From Deltaproteobacteria bacterium (lineage in GTDB: Bacteria > Desulfobacterota_D > UBA1144 > Nemesobacterales > CSP1-2), in assembly GCA_052390235.1 (NCBI GenBank), contig JBQTHB010000003.1:192001-256000 (forward strand): 64,000 bases of DNA, given 5' to 3'. Below are positions 47,429 through 56,976 of this stretch, piece after piece. How positions within the stretch are numbered: position 1 is the first letter of the stretch; every line of letters starts with the position of its first letter. Below the pieces are notes generated by a model. It did not search any database. It was given only the letters and a program-made list of their open reading frames with translations, and had not been told where the DNA came from. The position numbers and the translations under genes are program-made.

Positions 47429-48514
47429 ATGTCGAGAAATTTTACTCTGGGCTTCTTCTCCCTCCTCGCGCTTGCATTCCTGGCGCTTGGACAGGTGAGC
47501 TTACACGCCAAGGAAGGCAAACTTGAGAAGGCGACCCTTGCGGGAGGGTGCTTCTGGTGCATGGAGCCGCCCTTTGAAAAATTGGACGGAGTAAAAGAGG
47601 TAATCTCAGGCTACACAGGGGGGCAGAAAGAAAACCCCACTTACGAACAGGTGTCGGCAGGCGGAACGGGACACATCGAGAGCGTTGAGGTCATTTACGA
47701 CCCGGCGAAAATCAGCTACTCGGACATCCTGAAGGTGTTTTGGATGCAAATTGACCCGACAGACCCAAGCGGCCAGTTCGTTGACAGAGGCCCTCAGTAC
47801 CGCTCGGCGATTTTCTATCACAGCGACGAGCAAAAGCGCGTAGCCGAGAAATCCAAACGCGAGCTTGAGAAATCCGGCAGATTCCCTAAACCCATTGTTA
47901 CCGAGCTTATAAAAGCCGAGACATTTTATAGAGCCGAGGAGTATCATCAGGATTTCTATAAAAAAAGCTCGATACGATACAAATACTACCGCTACAACTC
48001 AGGCAGAGACCAATTCATCAAAAAAACATGGGGAGATGAAAAAATGAGCGATACGTCCGCATCGGCGGAAGACAGGAAGTACGTGAAACCATCGGACGAG
48101 GTTCTCAAAAAGAAGCTGACTCCGATTCAATACCAAGTTACTCAGCACGAAGGCACGGAAAGGGCTTTTAGCAACGAATACTGGAATAATAAAAAAGCCG
48201 GAATCTACGTGGATGTCGTTTCAGGCGAGCCGCTCTTTAGCTCGCACGATAAATACGACTCCGGCACGGGCTGGCCCAGCTTCACAAAACCCATCGTCGC
48301 TGGGAATATCGTGGAGAGGGTTGATAAGAGCCTGTTCATGAGCAGAACCGAGGTCAGGAGCAAGCACGGCGACTCCCACCTTGGTCATGTATTTGATGAT
48401 GGCCCTGAGCCTACTGGACTGCGCTACTGCATGAATTCGGCGTCTATGCGCTTTATTCCCAAAGAGGATTTGGATAAAGAGGGCTACGGCGAATTCTCAA
48501 AGCTCTTTAAATAA
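47429..48514 (+). CDS. msrAB: exported bifunctional peptide methionine sulfoxide reductase MsrA-MsrB
   Basis: Signal peptide; AGGCFWC, AEEYHQD (MsrA); [20 protein letters not shown] (MsrB). Confidence 0.96.
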   Translation: MSRNFTLGFFSLLALAFLALGQVSLHAKEGKLEKATLAGGCFWCMEPPFEKLDGVKEVISGYTGGQKENPTYEQVSAGGTGHIESVEVIYDPAKISYSDILKVFWMQIDPTDPSGQFVDRGPQYRSAIFYHSDEQKRVAEKSKRELEKSGRFPKPIVTELIKAETFYRAEEYHQDFYKKSSIRYKYYRYNSGRDQFIKKTWGDEKMSDTSASAEDRKYVKPSDEVLKKKLTPIQYQVTQHEGTERAFSNEYWNNKKAGIYVDVVSGEPLFSSHDKYDSGTGWPSFTKPIVAGNIVERVDKSLFMSRTEVRSKHGDSHLGHVFDDGPEPTGLRYCMNSASMRFIPKEDLDKEGYGEFSKLFK

Positions 48515-48605
48515 GACGAGTATCAGAGGGGGGGCGCCCCGTCCGGCAGGAAATTGAGGTGTCCCCCACTCTTGCGCTAATTTGGTTTACCGCTCGTCTC
48601 CTGTC

Positions 48606-49628
48606 CTAGCGCTTTACCTTGACGCTGTACTCGCCAGTCCCCCTGGATTGATTGAAATGCCGAATTTGAACGAAGTACTGCCCCACAGCGAGGTCCGCAA
48701 TTATTCTCGCGTTAAAGCCCACGCCGCTGTCGTCGTCTTCGGCAATTAGGGCGGTTTGGCTATTGGGCCCAAAGAGCTTCATAACTAAATCTGTAGGGCC
48801 AGAGGTTTCCACCGTATAGCGCCCATTTTTCGCCGCGTTAAAGAAAAACAGGTCTTCATCCCCAGGAGCGCCGATGGAAGCCGATTTTGATACCCCGTTG
48901 ACACTGAGCTTAACCGCCTGAGCATTCGCCTGCTTGGGATAGGCGTCCGCGCCCGCGATAAAAGCTTTGTCCATGTCCGATAAGATTTCATTAGCCTCGG
49001 TGGCGATGCCGTTTTTAGTCCAGCGCGCGGGGAAGAAGTAGAGCATTATCGATTCGGGGTCGAATTTTGTTCCCTTAACCTGGTCGGCGGAGTATTTCTC
49101 CAAGACGTTATGCCTCACCTGGCTGGGAGTCCAGTTGTTCGGCGGGCCTCCCAAGTCCCGAATTACGACCTCCTCGTTCCACTCTATACCGCCGGAGGGG
49201 TTTTGATGCTCGTGTCCCAGGGCGAGGGCATGGCCAAATTCGTGCGCCGCAGTGCCGCCGTCGAGGAATCCGAGGTTCATCGTGGCTTGGCTCTGTGGGA
49301 TTCTCTTGCAGTCCGTGCCAACCCATGACCATGCCCCGTCGTTAGAGTCAAACGAGATGCGAATGTCGGCATCTAAATCGTTGCCGAATTGAAATTTAAT
49401 GTTGGCGTGCTGAGACCACCAGCCGGCTTGCTCCTTTGCGACGGATCTTTGGGATTCAGCGCCTCCCATGAACCGCACGCGCAGAGTCGAGCCATTTACC
49501 CACAGCTTACGAAATTCCAGCACTGCCCTCAGAGCGCCGCCGCCGCGGAGGGCGAGGGTTCTCTGCGGGCGCGATATATCCTGTGGCAGCACTCTATCAA
49601 CACAGACTTTAAGGGTTGAATCTGGCAT
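48606..49628 (-). CDS. M12A/astacin-like zinc metallopeptidase with C-terminal PPC-like domain
   Basis: HEFGHALALGHEHQ, SIMLY Met-turn, DDDSG.G.N PPC motif; start moved to ATG 49628 (GAGGT RBS). Confidence 0.88.
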   Translation of the reverse strand: MPDSTLKVCVDRVLPQDISRPQRTLALRGGGALRAVLEFRKLWVNGSTLRVRFMGGAESQRSVAKEQAGWWSQHANIKFQFGNDLDADIRISFDSNDGAWSWVGTDCKRIPQSQATMNLGFLDGGTAAHEFGHALALGHEHQNPSGGIEWNEEVVIRDLGGPPNNWTPSQVRHNVLEKYSADQVKGTKFDPESIMLYFFPARWTKNGIATEANEILSDMDKAFIAGADAYPKQANAQAVKLSVNGVSKSASIGAPGDEDLFFFNAAKNGRYTVETSGPTDLVMKLFGPNSQTALIAEDDDSGVGFNARIIADLAVGQYFVQIRHFNQSRGTGEYSVKVKR

Positions 49629-49830
49629 AGGTATTACCTCCTTTTTACTATAGATTTTCATACGCCCCAGAGTGTGATTCCACTGCGCCGAGACGGTTTT
49701 CAGCATATTAGACCTCTTGAGCCGGCAAAATGTTCCCAAGATTCCGCCCACGCAACTCATCAGCGCGCATCTCGCACCTCCGCGCGAGAGCTTGATTAAA
49801 TCGGGCGGGGGATTAACCTTCATAGGCGAA

Positions 49831-51066
49831 ATGGATACTTTATTAATCCTCACCGCCGACAAAATTCTCCCGATTTCATCCCACCCAATAACTCGCGGGG
49901 GGGTTCTCATCAAAAACGGCAAAATTGTTGAGGTTGCCGACGCGCGCTCCCTTCGGAGCACATACCCAAACGCCGAACGGATGGAACTTGGAGCCGGAAT
50001 CCTACTGCCCGGATTTGTCAACGCCCACACTCATCTCGAACTCGGATGGATAACGCGGCGAATCGGAAAATTCGGCGGATTTACGGACTGGCTCAAGCAA
50101 ATCATAAGCGGCAAAACCGAGGGCATCGAGAGGGGGGAGATTGAATCCTCCGTCGAGAGCGGCTTAGCGTCCCTCATCCGAAGCGGCGTAACGAGCGTTG
50201 GGGAGGTCTCATCCTACGGGGGGATTGATAAACCCATCCTCCGCGAATCGGGGGTGCGCGCTGTGTTATTCACAGAGATTTTCGACCGCAACGCCGATTT
50301 ACTCGAATCCATACCATCCGAGAAATCCGAGAAATTTGAGGAGAGGCCCTTTCCCCACGCGCCCTATTCCTGCTCGCCGGAACTCCTCCAAAAGGTCATG
50401 GAATTCTCTGAGGCGAGGGATATTCCGTTCGGGATTCACCTTGCCGAAAGCCGGGAAGAGGTGAAATTCCTACGCAACGAGGCAAACGACTTCGACCGCA
50501 CAATATTTCCACAGGCGGGGAGGAAACCCTTTGACCGCGCAGGAGCGCAGACCCCGCTTGAACACCTAATCCATCTCGGTCTTTCAAAAAACGCCAGAGC
50601 CACGGCAGTTCACATGGTTCAGGTTCAGCCCCAAGAGGTCCCGGCAATTGCAAATCTCGGCTTAGGACTCGCGCTCTGCCCAAGGAGCAATCTATTTCTC
50701 CACTGCGGACTGCCTCCGCTGGGGAGTTACTTGAAACTCCCGAGGGTCGGTATAGGCACAGACGGGCTATCGAGTAATTTCAACCTCGATTTCCTCGAAG
50801 AACTCAGGTTTTTCTACCTGACATTTGCCAGAACCCTCGGCAGGGAAGCCGCCCAGTTCACGGTCTATCTGGCGACCCTAGGCGGGGCGAAGTGCCTATT
50901 TCTGGAGGATAGAATCGGGAGCGTGGAGGCAGGCAAAGAGGCGGATTTAATCTTCGTCAATCCAAGCGGCGGTTATCTAGACCCATACCTGTCAGTCATT
51001 TCATGCTCGGCGGCGGACGTTAAAATGGCTATGGTCGGGGGGGAAATTATACGGCAGATAAGTTGA
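49831..51066 (+). CDS. amidohydrolase family (aminodeoxyfutalosine / SAH-MTA deaminase-like)
   Basis: PGFVNAHTHLE, PHAPYS, HLAES, CPRSN, GTDG.SSN, GKEADL. Confidence 0.88.
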   Translation: MDTLLILTADKILPISSHPITRGGVLIKNGKIVEVADARSLRSTYPNAERMELGAGILLPGFVNAHTHLELGWITRRIGKFGGFTDWLKQIISGKTEGIERGEIESSVESGLASLIRSGVTSVGEVSSYGGIDKPILRESGVRAVLFTEIFDRNADLLESIPSEKSEKFEERPFPHAPYSCSPELLQKVMEFSEARDIPFGIHLAESREEVKFLRNEANDFDRTIFPQAGRKPFDRAGAQTPLEHLIHLGLSKNARATAVHMVQVQPQEVPAIANLGLGLALCPRSNLFLHCGLPPLGSYLKLPRVGIGTDGLSSNFNLDFLEELRFFYLTFARTLGREAAQFTVYLATLGGAKCLFLEDRIGSVEAGKEADLIFVNPSGGYLDPYLSVISCSAADVKMAMVGGEIIRQIS

Positions 51067-51113
51067 CAGCGCCCAGGAGACGCTTCGGTAATCGGCGGCG
51101 GTGCCTCCCGCCC

Positions 51114-51364
51114 TGTCATTCCCACGAAAGTAGAGAATCCATGATTCCACCTCCGCTCATGGGGAATGTGAAATGGATTCCCGCTCTAAAAACTGCGGGA
51201 ATGACAAACGAGCTTCTGCCATTCCGAGCGTAGCCCATATATGTCATTCTCACGAAAGTGGGAATCCATAGTTCGCCTCCGCTCCCTTCGCCTCCGCTCA
51301 GGGTGAAGATGAAATGGATTCCCGCTCTAAAGACTGCGGGAATGACAAACAAGCTTCTGCCATT
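51114..51364. repeat. tandem pair of composite palindromic REP/dRS3-like elements
   Basis: GTCATTCCCAC...GAATCC...GGATTCCCGCTCTAAARACTGCGGGAATGAC, units starting 51115 and 51243. Confidence 0.85.
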
Positions 51365-51402
51365 GCAACCCCCGCCCAGCAATGGAATAATTACCCCCCG
51401 AA

Positions 51403-52455
51403 ATGAGCATTGCAAAGCTATTTGTCTATGGCACGCTCCTTCGCGGCGAGGTGCGAAGCCCACATCTAGCCGAGTGCGCCCTAATTAAAGCCGCGTCGGT
51501 TTCGGGCAGTCTCTACGACACCAAAAGAGGGTATCCTGCCGCCTTGTTCGATGCGCGCGGAGAACCCCAAATTCTGGGAGAACTCTACGACTTATCAACT
51601 GCTCCCAATTTGCAGGAGAAACTGGGGGAGCTTGACGAAGCGGAAGGGGTCGAGGGCGGCCTCTATAAAAGGGTGGAATTGAACCTCGGCGGCGTGCGGG
51701 CATTTGCCTACGAGGCGGGGGAGGCGCTCAGGGCGGCTCTTGCGGATGAAACCCGAATTGAGTCAGGGGACTGGAGGCTTTACGGCTCATCGGCGCTTGA
51801 AGACCCCATAGGCTTTGTCAACAGATTTGAAGCCGCCCAGAGGAGGGGTTACAGAAAATTCCCATCAGATGGATTTCATGAGCCGATATTTCTTCGGGGC
51901 AGAATCCCGATACTCATCGCCGCCCCCCACGCTACGGCTCATATGAGAATGGGCGAGCTAAAATCCGAGGAGAGGCACACAGCCGCCCTCGCCGCCCTGC
52001 TCCACATCACCGAGGGATGCCACGCCCTCTATACGAACTCCGCCTCAGAAATTGACCCGAATTACAGCGACGACTCACCGTTTAAACGCGCTCTCGCCGA
52101 GGTAGCGCGAGAATTCGGGATTGTAGCGGTTTTTGACCTGCACGGCACGACTCAAGAGCGAGCCGAGGGGATTTACCCCGGCGTTGGGCAGGGAGGGGAA
52201 TTTCTCAGGGGCAGAGGGTTCATTCTCAACGCCCTTTACGAGGCGGCTTCGCAGATGGGGATTTCCGTCGGCGGGCTTCACGTATTCCCCGCTTCGCGCC
52301 AGATGACGGTTACGAAATTCGCCTCAAGAGGGCTACATACATCCGCCATGCAGATTGAAATCAATAAGCGTCTGCGCGAGCCTGCCAGAGACCCCGCTCA
52401 ATTTGAAACTCTAGTCGCACTCCTGCGGCGATTCGTCTCATCGCTTGGATTTTAG
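51403..52455 (+). CDS. gamma-glutamylcyclotransferase domain fused to N-formylglutamate amidohydrolase-like domain
   Basis: LFVYGTL..GE, YPA, GELY, LD..EG..Y.R; APH, E..T, DLHG, QIEI. Confidence 0.78.
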   Translation: MSIAKLFVYGTLLRGEVRSPHLAECALIKAASVSGSLYDTKRGYPAALFDARGEPQILGELYDLSTAPNLQEKLGELDEAEGVEGGLYKRVELNLGGVRAFAYEAGEALRAALADETRIESGDWRLYGSSALEDPIGFVNRFEAAQRRGYRKFPSDGFHEPIFLRGRIPILIAAPHATAHMRMGELKSEERHTAALAALLHITEGCHALYTNSASEIDPNYSDDSPFKRALAEVAREFGIVAVFDLHGTTQERAEGIYPGVGQGGEFLRGRGFILNALYEAASQMGISVGGLHVFPASRQMTVTKFASRGLHTSAMQIEINKRLREPARDPAQFETLVALLRRFVSSLGF

Positions 52456-52471
52456 GGTATATTTTCCCCCT

Positions 52472-53596
52472 ATGACCCCGAACGCGGCGACTCTCATAAT
52501 TGACTCCACGGAAAACAGCGCAGACCTCCTCTACAGATGCCAGTTTCACGCTCCCGACCCCGTCATCTTCATCGAATACGCGGGGAAGCGGATTATAGTC
52601 CTAAGCGACCTTGAGATTGACCGCGGGAGAGCCGAGGCTGATGTTGACGTGGTTCTATCGCTCTCGGAATACAGGAAAAAATCAGCGGGCGGCGCGCCGG
52701 CATCCTACTCCGGCGTTGTGGATGCCGTGTTCGCAGAGTTTCAAATTAAAGAGGCGCTTGTTCCCGGCGGATTTCCCATCAAATACGCGGACGAGCTTAG
52801 GGCGATGGGATATAAAATCTCATATAAACCGACTGAGCCTTATTTCGAGGGCAGGCTCAGGAAAACCCCAGAACAGGTCAATCACATAAGGCGCGCGCTG
52901 AGGAAAACAGCCGAGGCAATGAACCTCGCCACAGGGATGGTTGCCGCATCCGAAATCCGAGGGAAGAAGCTCTATTTGGAGGGAGCGATTCTCACCTCCG
53001 AGCGCGTAAAAGGGGAAATCAACGCCTACCTGTCCAAGCAGGGCTACACGGCGTCGCACACCATCGTCGCCTGCGGAGCGCACTCGGCAATGCCTCACCA
53101 CAGGGGCGAAGGGGCGATTTTTGCCGGGAAATCCGTCGTAATTGACATCTTCCCCCGCTCTCAGGAGTCGGGATACTTCGGCGATATGACCAGAACCGTC
53201 GTCAAGGGCGAGCCGCCTGCCAGACTCGAAGCGATGTACGAGGCGGCGCTGGAGGGGCAGAAGCTCGGCATTAGCCTCATCAGGCACGGCGCGAGGGCAA
53301 GAGAAGTGCATGAGGCGATAGTCGAGAGTTTCAGCCGGGCGGGGTTTAAAACCGGCTTGCAGAGCGGCAGGATGCAGGGGTTTATTCACTCGACGGGACA
53401 CGGGCTTGGGCTAGAAATCCACGAGCCGCCGAGGATCGGCATGGGCGATGAGACGCTAGAAGAGGGCAACGTCGTAACCGTTGAGCCGGGTCTATATTAT
53501 GCAAAGCTCGGTGGAATCAGAATCGAGGACGTCGTGCTTGTAACGAGAGACGGGTGCGTGAATCTCACAAAATGCCCGAAGAGGTTTAGGGTTTGA
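52472..53596 (+). CDS. Xaa-Pro aminopeptidase (M24B)
   Basis: [39 protein letters not shown]. Confidence 0.93.
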   Translation: MTPNAATLIIDSTENSADLLYRCQFHAPDPVIFIEYAGKRIIVLSDLEIDRGRAEADVDVVLSLSEYRKKSAGGAPASYSGVVDAVFAEFQIKEALVPGGFPIKYADELRAMGYKISYKPTEPYFEGRLRKTPEQVNHIRRALRKTAEAMNLATGMVAASEIRGKKLYLEGAILTSERVKGEINAYLSKQGYTASHTIVACGAHSAMPHHRGEGAIFAGKSVVIDIFPRSQESGYFGDMTRTVVKGEPPARLEAMYEAALEGQKLGISLIRHGARAREVHEAIVESFSRAGFKTGLQSGRMQGFIHSTGHGLGLEIHEPPRIGMGDETLEEGNVVTVEPGLYYAKLGGIRIEDVVLVTRDGCVNLTKCPKRFRV

Positions 53597-53682
53597 ATTA
53601 GCCCCAGCCAAACGCTGATTTTTTTAGAGATTTCTAAATCGTCCCTCCGCGCCCCGATTCTACAGCAAAGGATGCACTTAAC

Positions 53683-54630
53683 TTGGACACCATCACTCAC
53701 GGACTCATCGGGGCTTTATCGTCAAATACGGGCTTTGGGCAAAGAGCGGGTCGCATCGCCACAATAGCCTTTACGGCGGGCGCGGTTTTCCCCGACCTCG
53801 ACGTTATAGTTTCCCTCTTTGGAGCGGATTTATCCCTCAGACACCACAGAGGGGTTACCCACTCGGTCATTGCCGCCCCGATTTTCGCCGTCCTCATCGG
53901 CTGGATTATCACAAAACTCTCGTCTTATAAAAACTTCAAGGCGGCGGCGGGAATGGTCGCCCTTGGCATATACTCGCACATTTTCTTCGACCTCATCACC
54001 TCCTACGGCACGGTGGCACTCGACCCCGTGAGCGACGCGCGCTACGGCTGGAATCTAGTTTTCATCCTCGATGCGTTCATCTCGCTTCCCGTAATTGCGG
54101 GGCTTTTAATCTCGCGGAGAAAGCCCGAAGCCGCCCGAAAAGCCTCAGTCGCGGCGCTGGTGTTTCTAGGGTTTTATCTGCTTTTCTGCCTCTACGCGAG
54201 GGAGCTAAATTCGAGGGAAGTCATGGATTTCGCGCGCGGGAGGTCGCTCAGCGTCGTCAAATCCGAGGTATATCCGCGCCCGCTTGCGCCATATTTTTGG
54301 ATGGGGATTGTCGAGACCGACGGGGCGTTCTACAGGGTGCGACTCGCGGGAGGCAACATCGAGAGCATAGAGGAAATCCCAAAGCCCGAAGCAAACCGCT
54401 TCATAGAGCTTGCCAAGGGGCTTGATGCGGCAGCGCTCTATTTCTGGTTTGCCGATTTTCCCATCGCCTCGCACAGGGTAGAGGGCGAAAGGCACGTGGT
54501 TGAGTTCCGGGATTTGCGATTCGGCGTTGTGAGCGGCAGAACGCACCTGCCCTTTCGAGCCGAGTTTGACGCCGCCGGGGAATTAGAAGGGATTTATCTA
54601 AACGGCAGGAAAGTTCCAAATAGAAACTAA
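53683..54630 (+). CDS. YdjM-family inner-membrane metal-dependent hydrolase
   Basis: MDTITH, PDLD, HRGVTHS, SH..FD..TSYG. Confidence 0.88.
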   Translation: MDTITHGLIGALSSNTGFGQRAGRIATIAFTAGAVFPDLDVIVSLFGADLSLRHHRGVTHSVIAAPIFAVLIGWIITKLSSYKNFKAAAGMVALGIYSHIFFDLITSYGTVALDPVSDARYGWNLVFILDAFISLPVIAGLLISRRKPEAARKASVAALVFLGFYLLFCLYARELNSREVMDFARGRSLSVVKSEVYPRPLAPYFWMGIVETDGAFYRVRLAGGNIESIEEIPKPEANRFIELAKGLDAAALYFWFADFPIASHRVEGERHVVEFRDLRFGVVSGRTHLPFRAEFDAAGELEGIYLNGRKVPNRN

Positions 54631-54651
54631 ACAGCGCGGGACGTAAAAGAA

Positions 54652-55425
54652 ATGGCGAAACAAAAATTTGAAGACTTAACCGAACTCTGCCGGTATCTGA
54701 GAAGCCCTGAGGGATGCCCGTGGGATAAAAAACAGACGCTCTCAACTCTCAAGGCTCATATCCTTGAGGAGGCTTACGAGGTCATACAGGCAATTGACGA
54801 AGCCGATGCCCAGGAGCTTCGAGAGGAGCTTGGCGACCTGCTCTTTCAAGTGATTTTCGCATCGCAAATCGCATCGGAAGAGGGAAAATTCAGCGTCGAG
54901 GACGTTATCGGCGAGCTTCACGCAAAACTCGTAAGGCGTCATCCCCATGTGTTCGGCGAGCAGAGGGCTAAAGACGCCGAAGAGGCGGTGCAAAGGTGGC
55001 AGGGGGAGAAACTCAAAGAGGGAGGGCGCAAGAGGGGGATTCTCGAAATCCCGCGCTCAGCCCCGGCGTTACTCCGCGCTCAGAGGATGGGCGAGAAGGC
55101 GTCTGAGCGGGGCTTTGATTGGCAGGCGGCGGCAGGGGTGATGGAAAAAGTGAGGGAAGAGCTACGAGAGCTGGAACAGGCAATCGAGGCGGGCGAGATA
55201 AAATCTATGGAGATGGAATTCGGTGATTTGATTTTCTCGATGGCTAACCTCGCCAGACACCTCAGGATTGACGCCGAAACCTCTGCCCAGAGCGCGGCGG
55301 ACAAATTCGCCGCGAGGTTTACCCGTGTGGAGAAACTGGCAAAGGACGCGGGCAGGAATTTAGTCGAGCTTACCCCTGCCGAGATAGACGCGCTGTGGCG
55401 GGAGGCGAAAAAAGCGGGGGAGTGA
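54652..55425 (+). CDS. mazG: nucleoside triphosphate pyrophosphohydrolase
   Basis: LR...GCPWD.KQT, EEAYE, EELGDLL, KL.RRHPHVF, GFDW. Confidence 0.96.
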   Translation: MAKQKFEDLTELCRYLRSPEGCPWDKKQTLSTLKAHILEEAYEVIQAIDEADAQELREELGDLLFQVIFASQIASEEGKFSVEDVIGELHAKLVRRHPHVFGEQRAKDAEEAVQRWQGEKLKEGGRKRGILEIPRSAPALLRAQRMGEKASERGFDWQAAAGVMEKVREELRELEQAIEAGEIKSMEMEFGDLIFSMANLARHLRIDAETSAQSAADKFAARFTRVEKLAKDAGRNLVELTPAEIDALWREAKKAGE

Positions 55426-55503
55426 TTAGCGAAATTACCCCGAAATCATAAGTCTGTCATATCGAGCGAATCGAAATACTAGATGGCGGCAGGCATATAT
55501 GAC

Positions 55504-56712
55504 CTAATATTTCCCCAGCGTCATCCCTACCAATTTCCACCCCTCATCAACGAAAACTCCGGTGCGGGCGGCTTCCTTCTCGGTGTAGGAGAGGGTCGCA
55601 TTTTTTATGCCGGTGTCCTTAGAGTCGAATATAGCAAATGGCACAGGCTCGCTTATATGAGTCCTGATGTCAAGCGGCGTCGGATGGTCTGAGAGGAGTA
55701 GCACTTTATAATCGCTGAATTTGCGCTTCAGCCCCTCTAGCACGGGCCCTACCACTTTACCGTCGAAATCCTCTACGGCTCGCACCTTCAGGTCGGGCTT
55801 TCCCTCATGTCCCGTTTCGTCAGTCGCCTCGATGTGTATCATCACCATATCAACCTCATCGAGCGCGCGCAGGGCGTATTCGACCTTCCCGGCGTAATTC
55901 GTATCGAGGTAGCCCGTAGCCCCCGGCACTTCAATTACCCGAAGTCCCGCATAGATGCCGATGCCCTTGACCAAATCCACAGCCGATATGACGGCTCCAT
56001 CAATTCCGTATAGCTCGCTGAAGGGCGGCATTTTGGGCGCTCTGCCCTGTCCCCAAAGCCAGATGCTAGTTGCGGGGCTTTTCCCATCAGAAATCCTCCT
56101 CAGATTTATCGGATGATTGCGAAGTAGCCCCTGGGATTTTTCAATGAGCCGTCTTAATCTGTCCGAGCCTTCGCCGCTTGGCAGATACGGCGCCGCTTCC
56201 CTGCCTGAGATGTCGTGAGGGGGCGTGGTTTTGAGCCCGTCTAGCCCGTTTTGCCAGATTAATAAATGCCTGTAGCTCACTCCGGGATAGAATTTCATAT
56301 CCTCGGATTCGAGTTCGCCCCTTATATCGAGGATAATTTCGCGCGCTTCTTCGGTTGAAATATGTCCCGCGCTGTAGTCCTCCATCAGGGTTTTACCCCC
56401 CTCATCGGCGAGGGTTACGAGATTGCACCGGAGAGCAACGTCCGAGGTTTTCACCTCGACCCCAATGCTCGCCGCCTCAAGCGGAGACCTCCCCGTATAG
56501 TAGAGATTAGGATTGTAGCCCAGCACCGTGAGGTTGCCCACGTCGCTTCCGGGGGGAAGCCCGTCGGGGATTGTCTTTACGAGACCGAATACGCTTCTGC
56601 GCGCAAGCTCGTCCATGTTGGGAGTCGCCGCATATTCCAGAGGGGTCTTCCCGCCTAACTGCTCAACCGGATGATCCGGCATTCCATCGCCTTGAAGTAT
56701 CACGAGTTTCAT
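55504..56712 (-). CDS. apgM: cofactor-independent phosphoglycerate mutase, archaeal type
   Basis: GDGMPD, GKTPLE.A.TP, PGSDV.N, YTGR.PLEAAS, DETGH, SDHPTP. Confidence 0.9.
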   Translation of the reverse strand: MKLVILQGDGMPDHPVEQLGGKTPLEYAATPNMDELARRSVFGLVKTIPDGLPPGSDVGNLTVLGYNPNLYYTGRSPLEAASIGVEVKTSDVALRCNLVTLADEGGKTLMEDYSAGHISTEEAREIILDIRGELESEDMKFYPGVSYRHLLIWQNGLDGLKTTPPHDISGREAAPYLPSGEGSDRLRRLIEKSQGLLRNHPINLRRISDGKSPATSIWLWGQGRAPKMPPFSELYGIDGAVISAVDLVKGIGIYAGLRVIEVPGATGYLDTNYAGKVEYALRALDEVDMVMIHIEATDETGHEGKPDLKVRAVEDFDGKVVGPVLEGLKRKFSDYKVLLLSDHPTPLDIRTHISEPVPFAIFDSKDTGIKNATLSYTEKEAARTGVFVDEGWKLVGMTLGKY

Positions 56713-56785
56713 AGCCAAAGAGAGTAAACAGATTTCCCGGTTCTATCAAGTGGGCGGCAGTTCAAAATACCGACCCGCTCCCCAT

Positions 56786-56850
56786 TGTCATTTCGAGGCA
56801 AAGCCGAGAAATCCTAAACAAGATTCCTCTCTGCCGTTCGGAATGACACA
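56786..56850. repeat. REP-like palindrome
   Basis: TGTCATTTCGAG...CGAGAAATC...GATTCCTC...TTCGGAATGACA; related fragments near 33771 and 55454. Confidence 0.65.
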
Positions 56851-56976
56851 TCGCTAGCCGTAATTAGGGGGAGGGCGGCAGGCGGCTCATCAGCAGAGCG
56901 ACTACAACTCCGTATGCCAAAATCCTGCATCGTGTATAATGAATCATCCGAGACCTGTGAGGTGAGGAGCGTTAAG

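Noticed and set aside
49629..50030. N-terminal extensions of the metallopeptidase (to 50030) and amidohydrolase (from 49717)
   Set aside because: They overlap each other head-to-head; better starts lie at 49628 and 49831.
51116..51488. ORFs 51116-51463 (-) and 51258-51488 (+)
   Set aside because: Translations of the palindromic repeat, overlapping the real gene at 51403.
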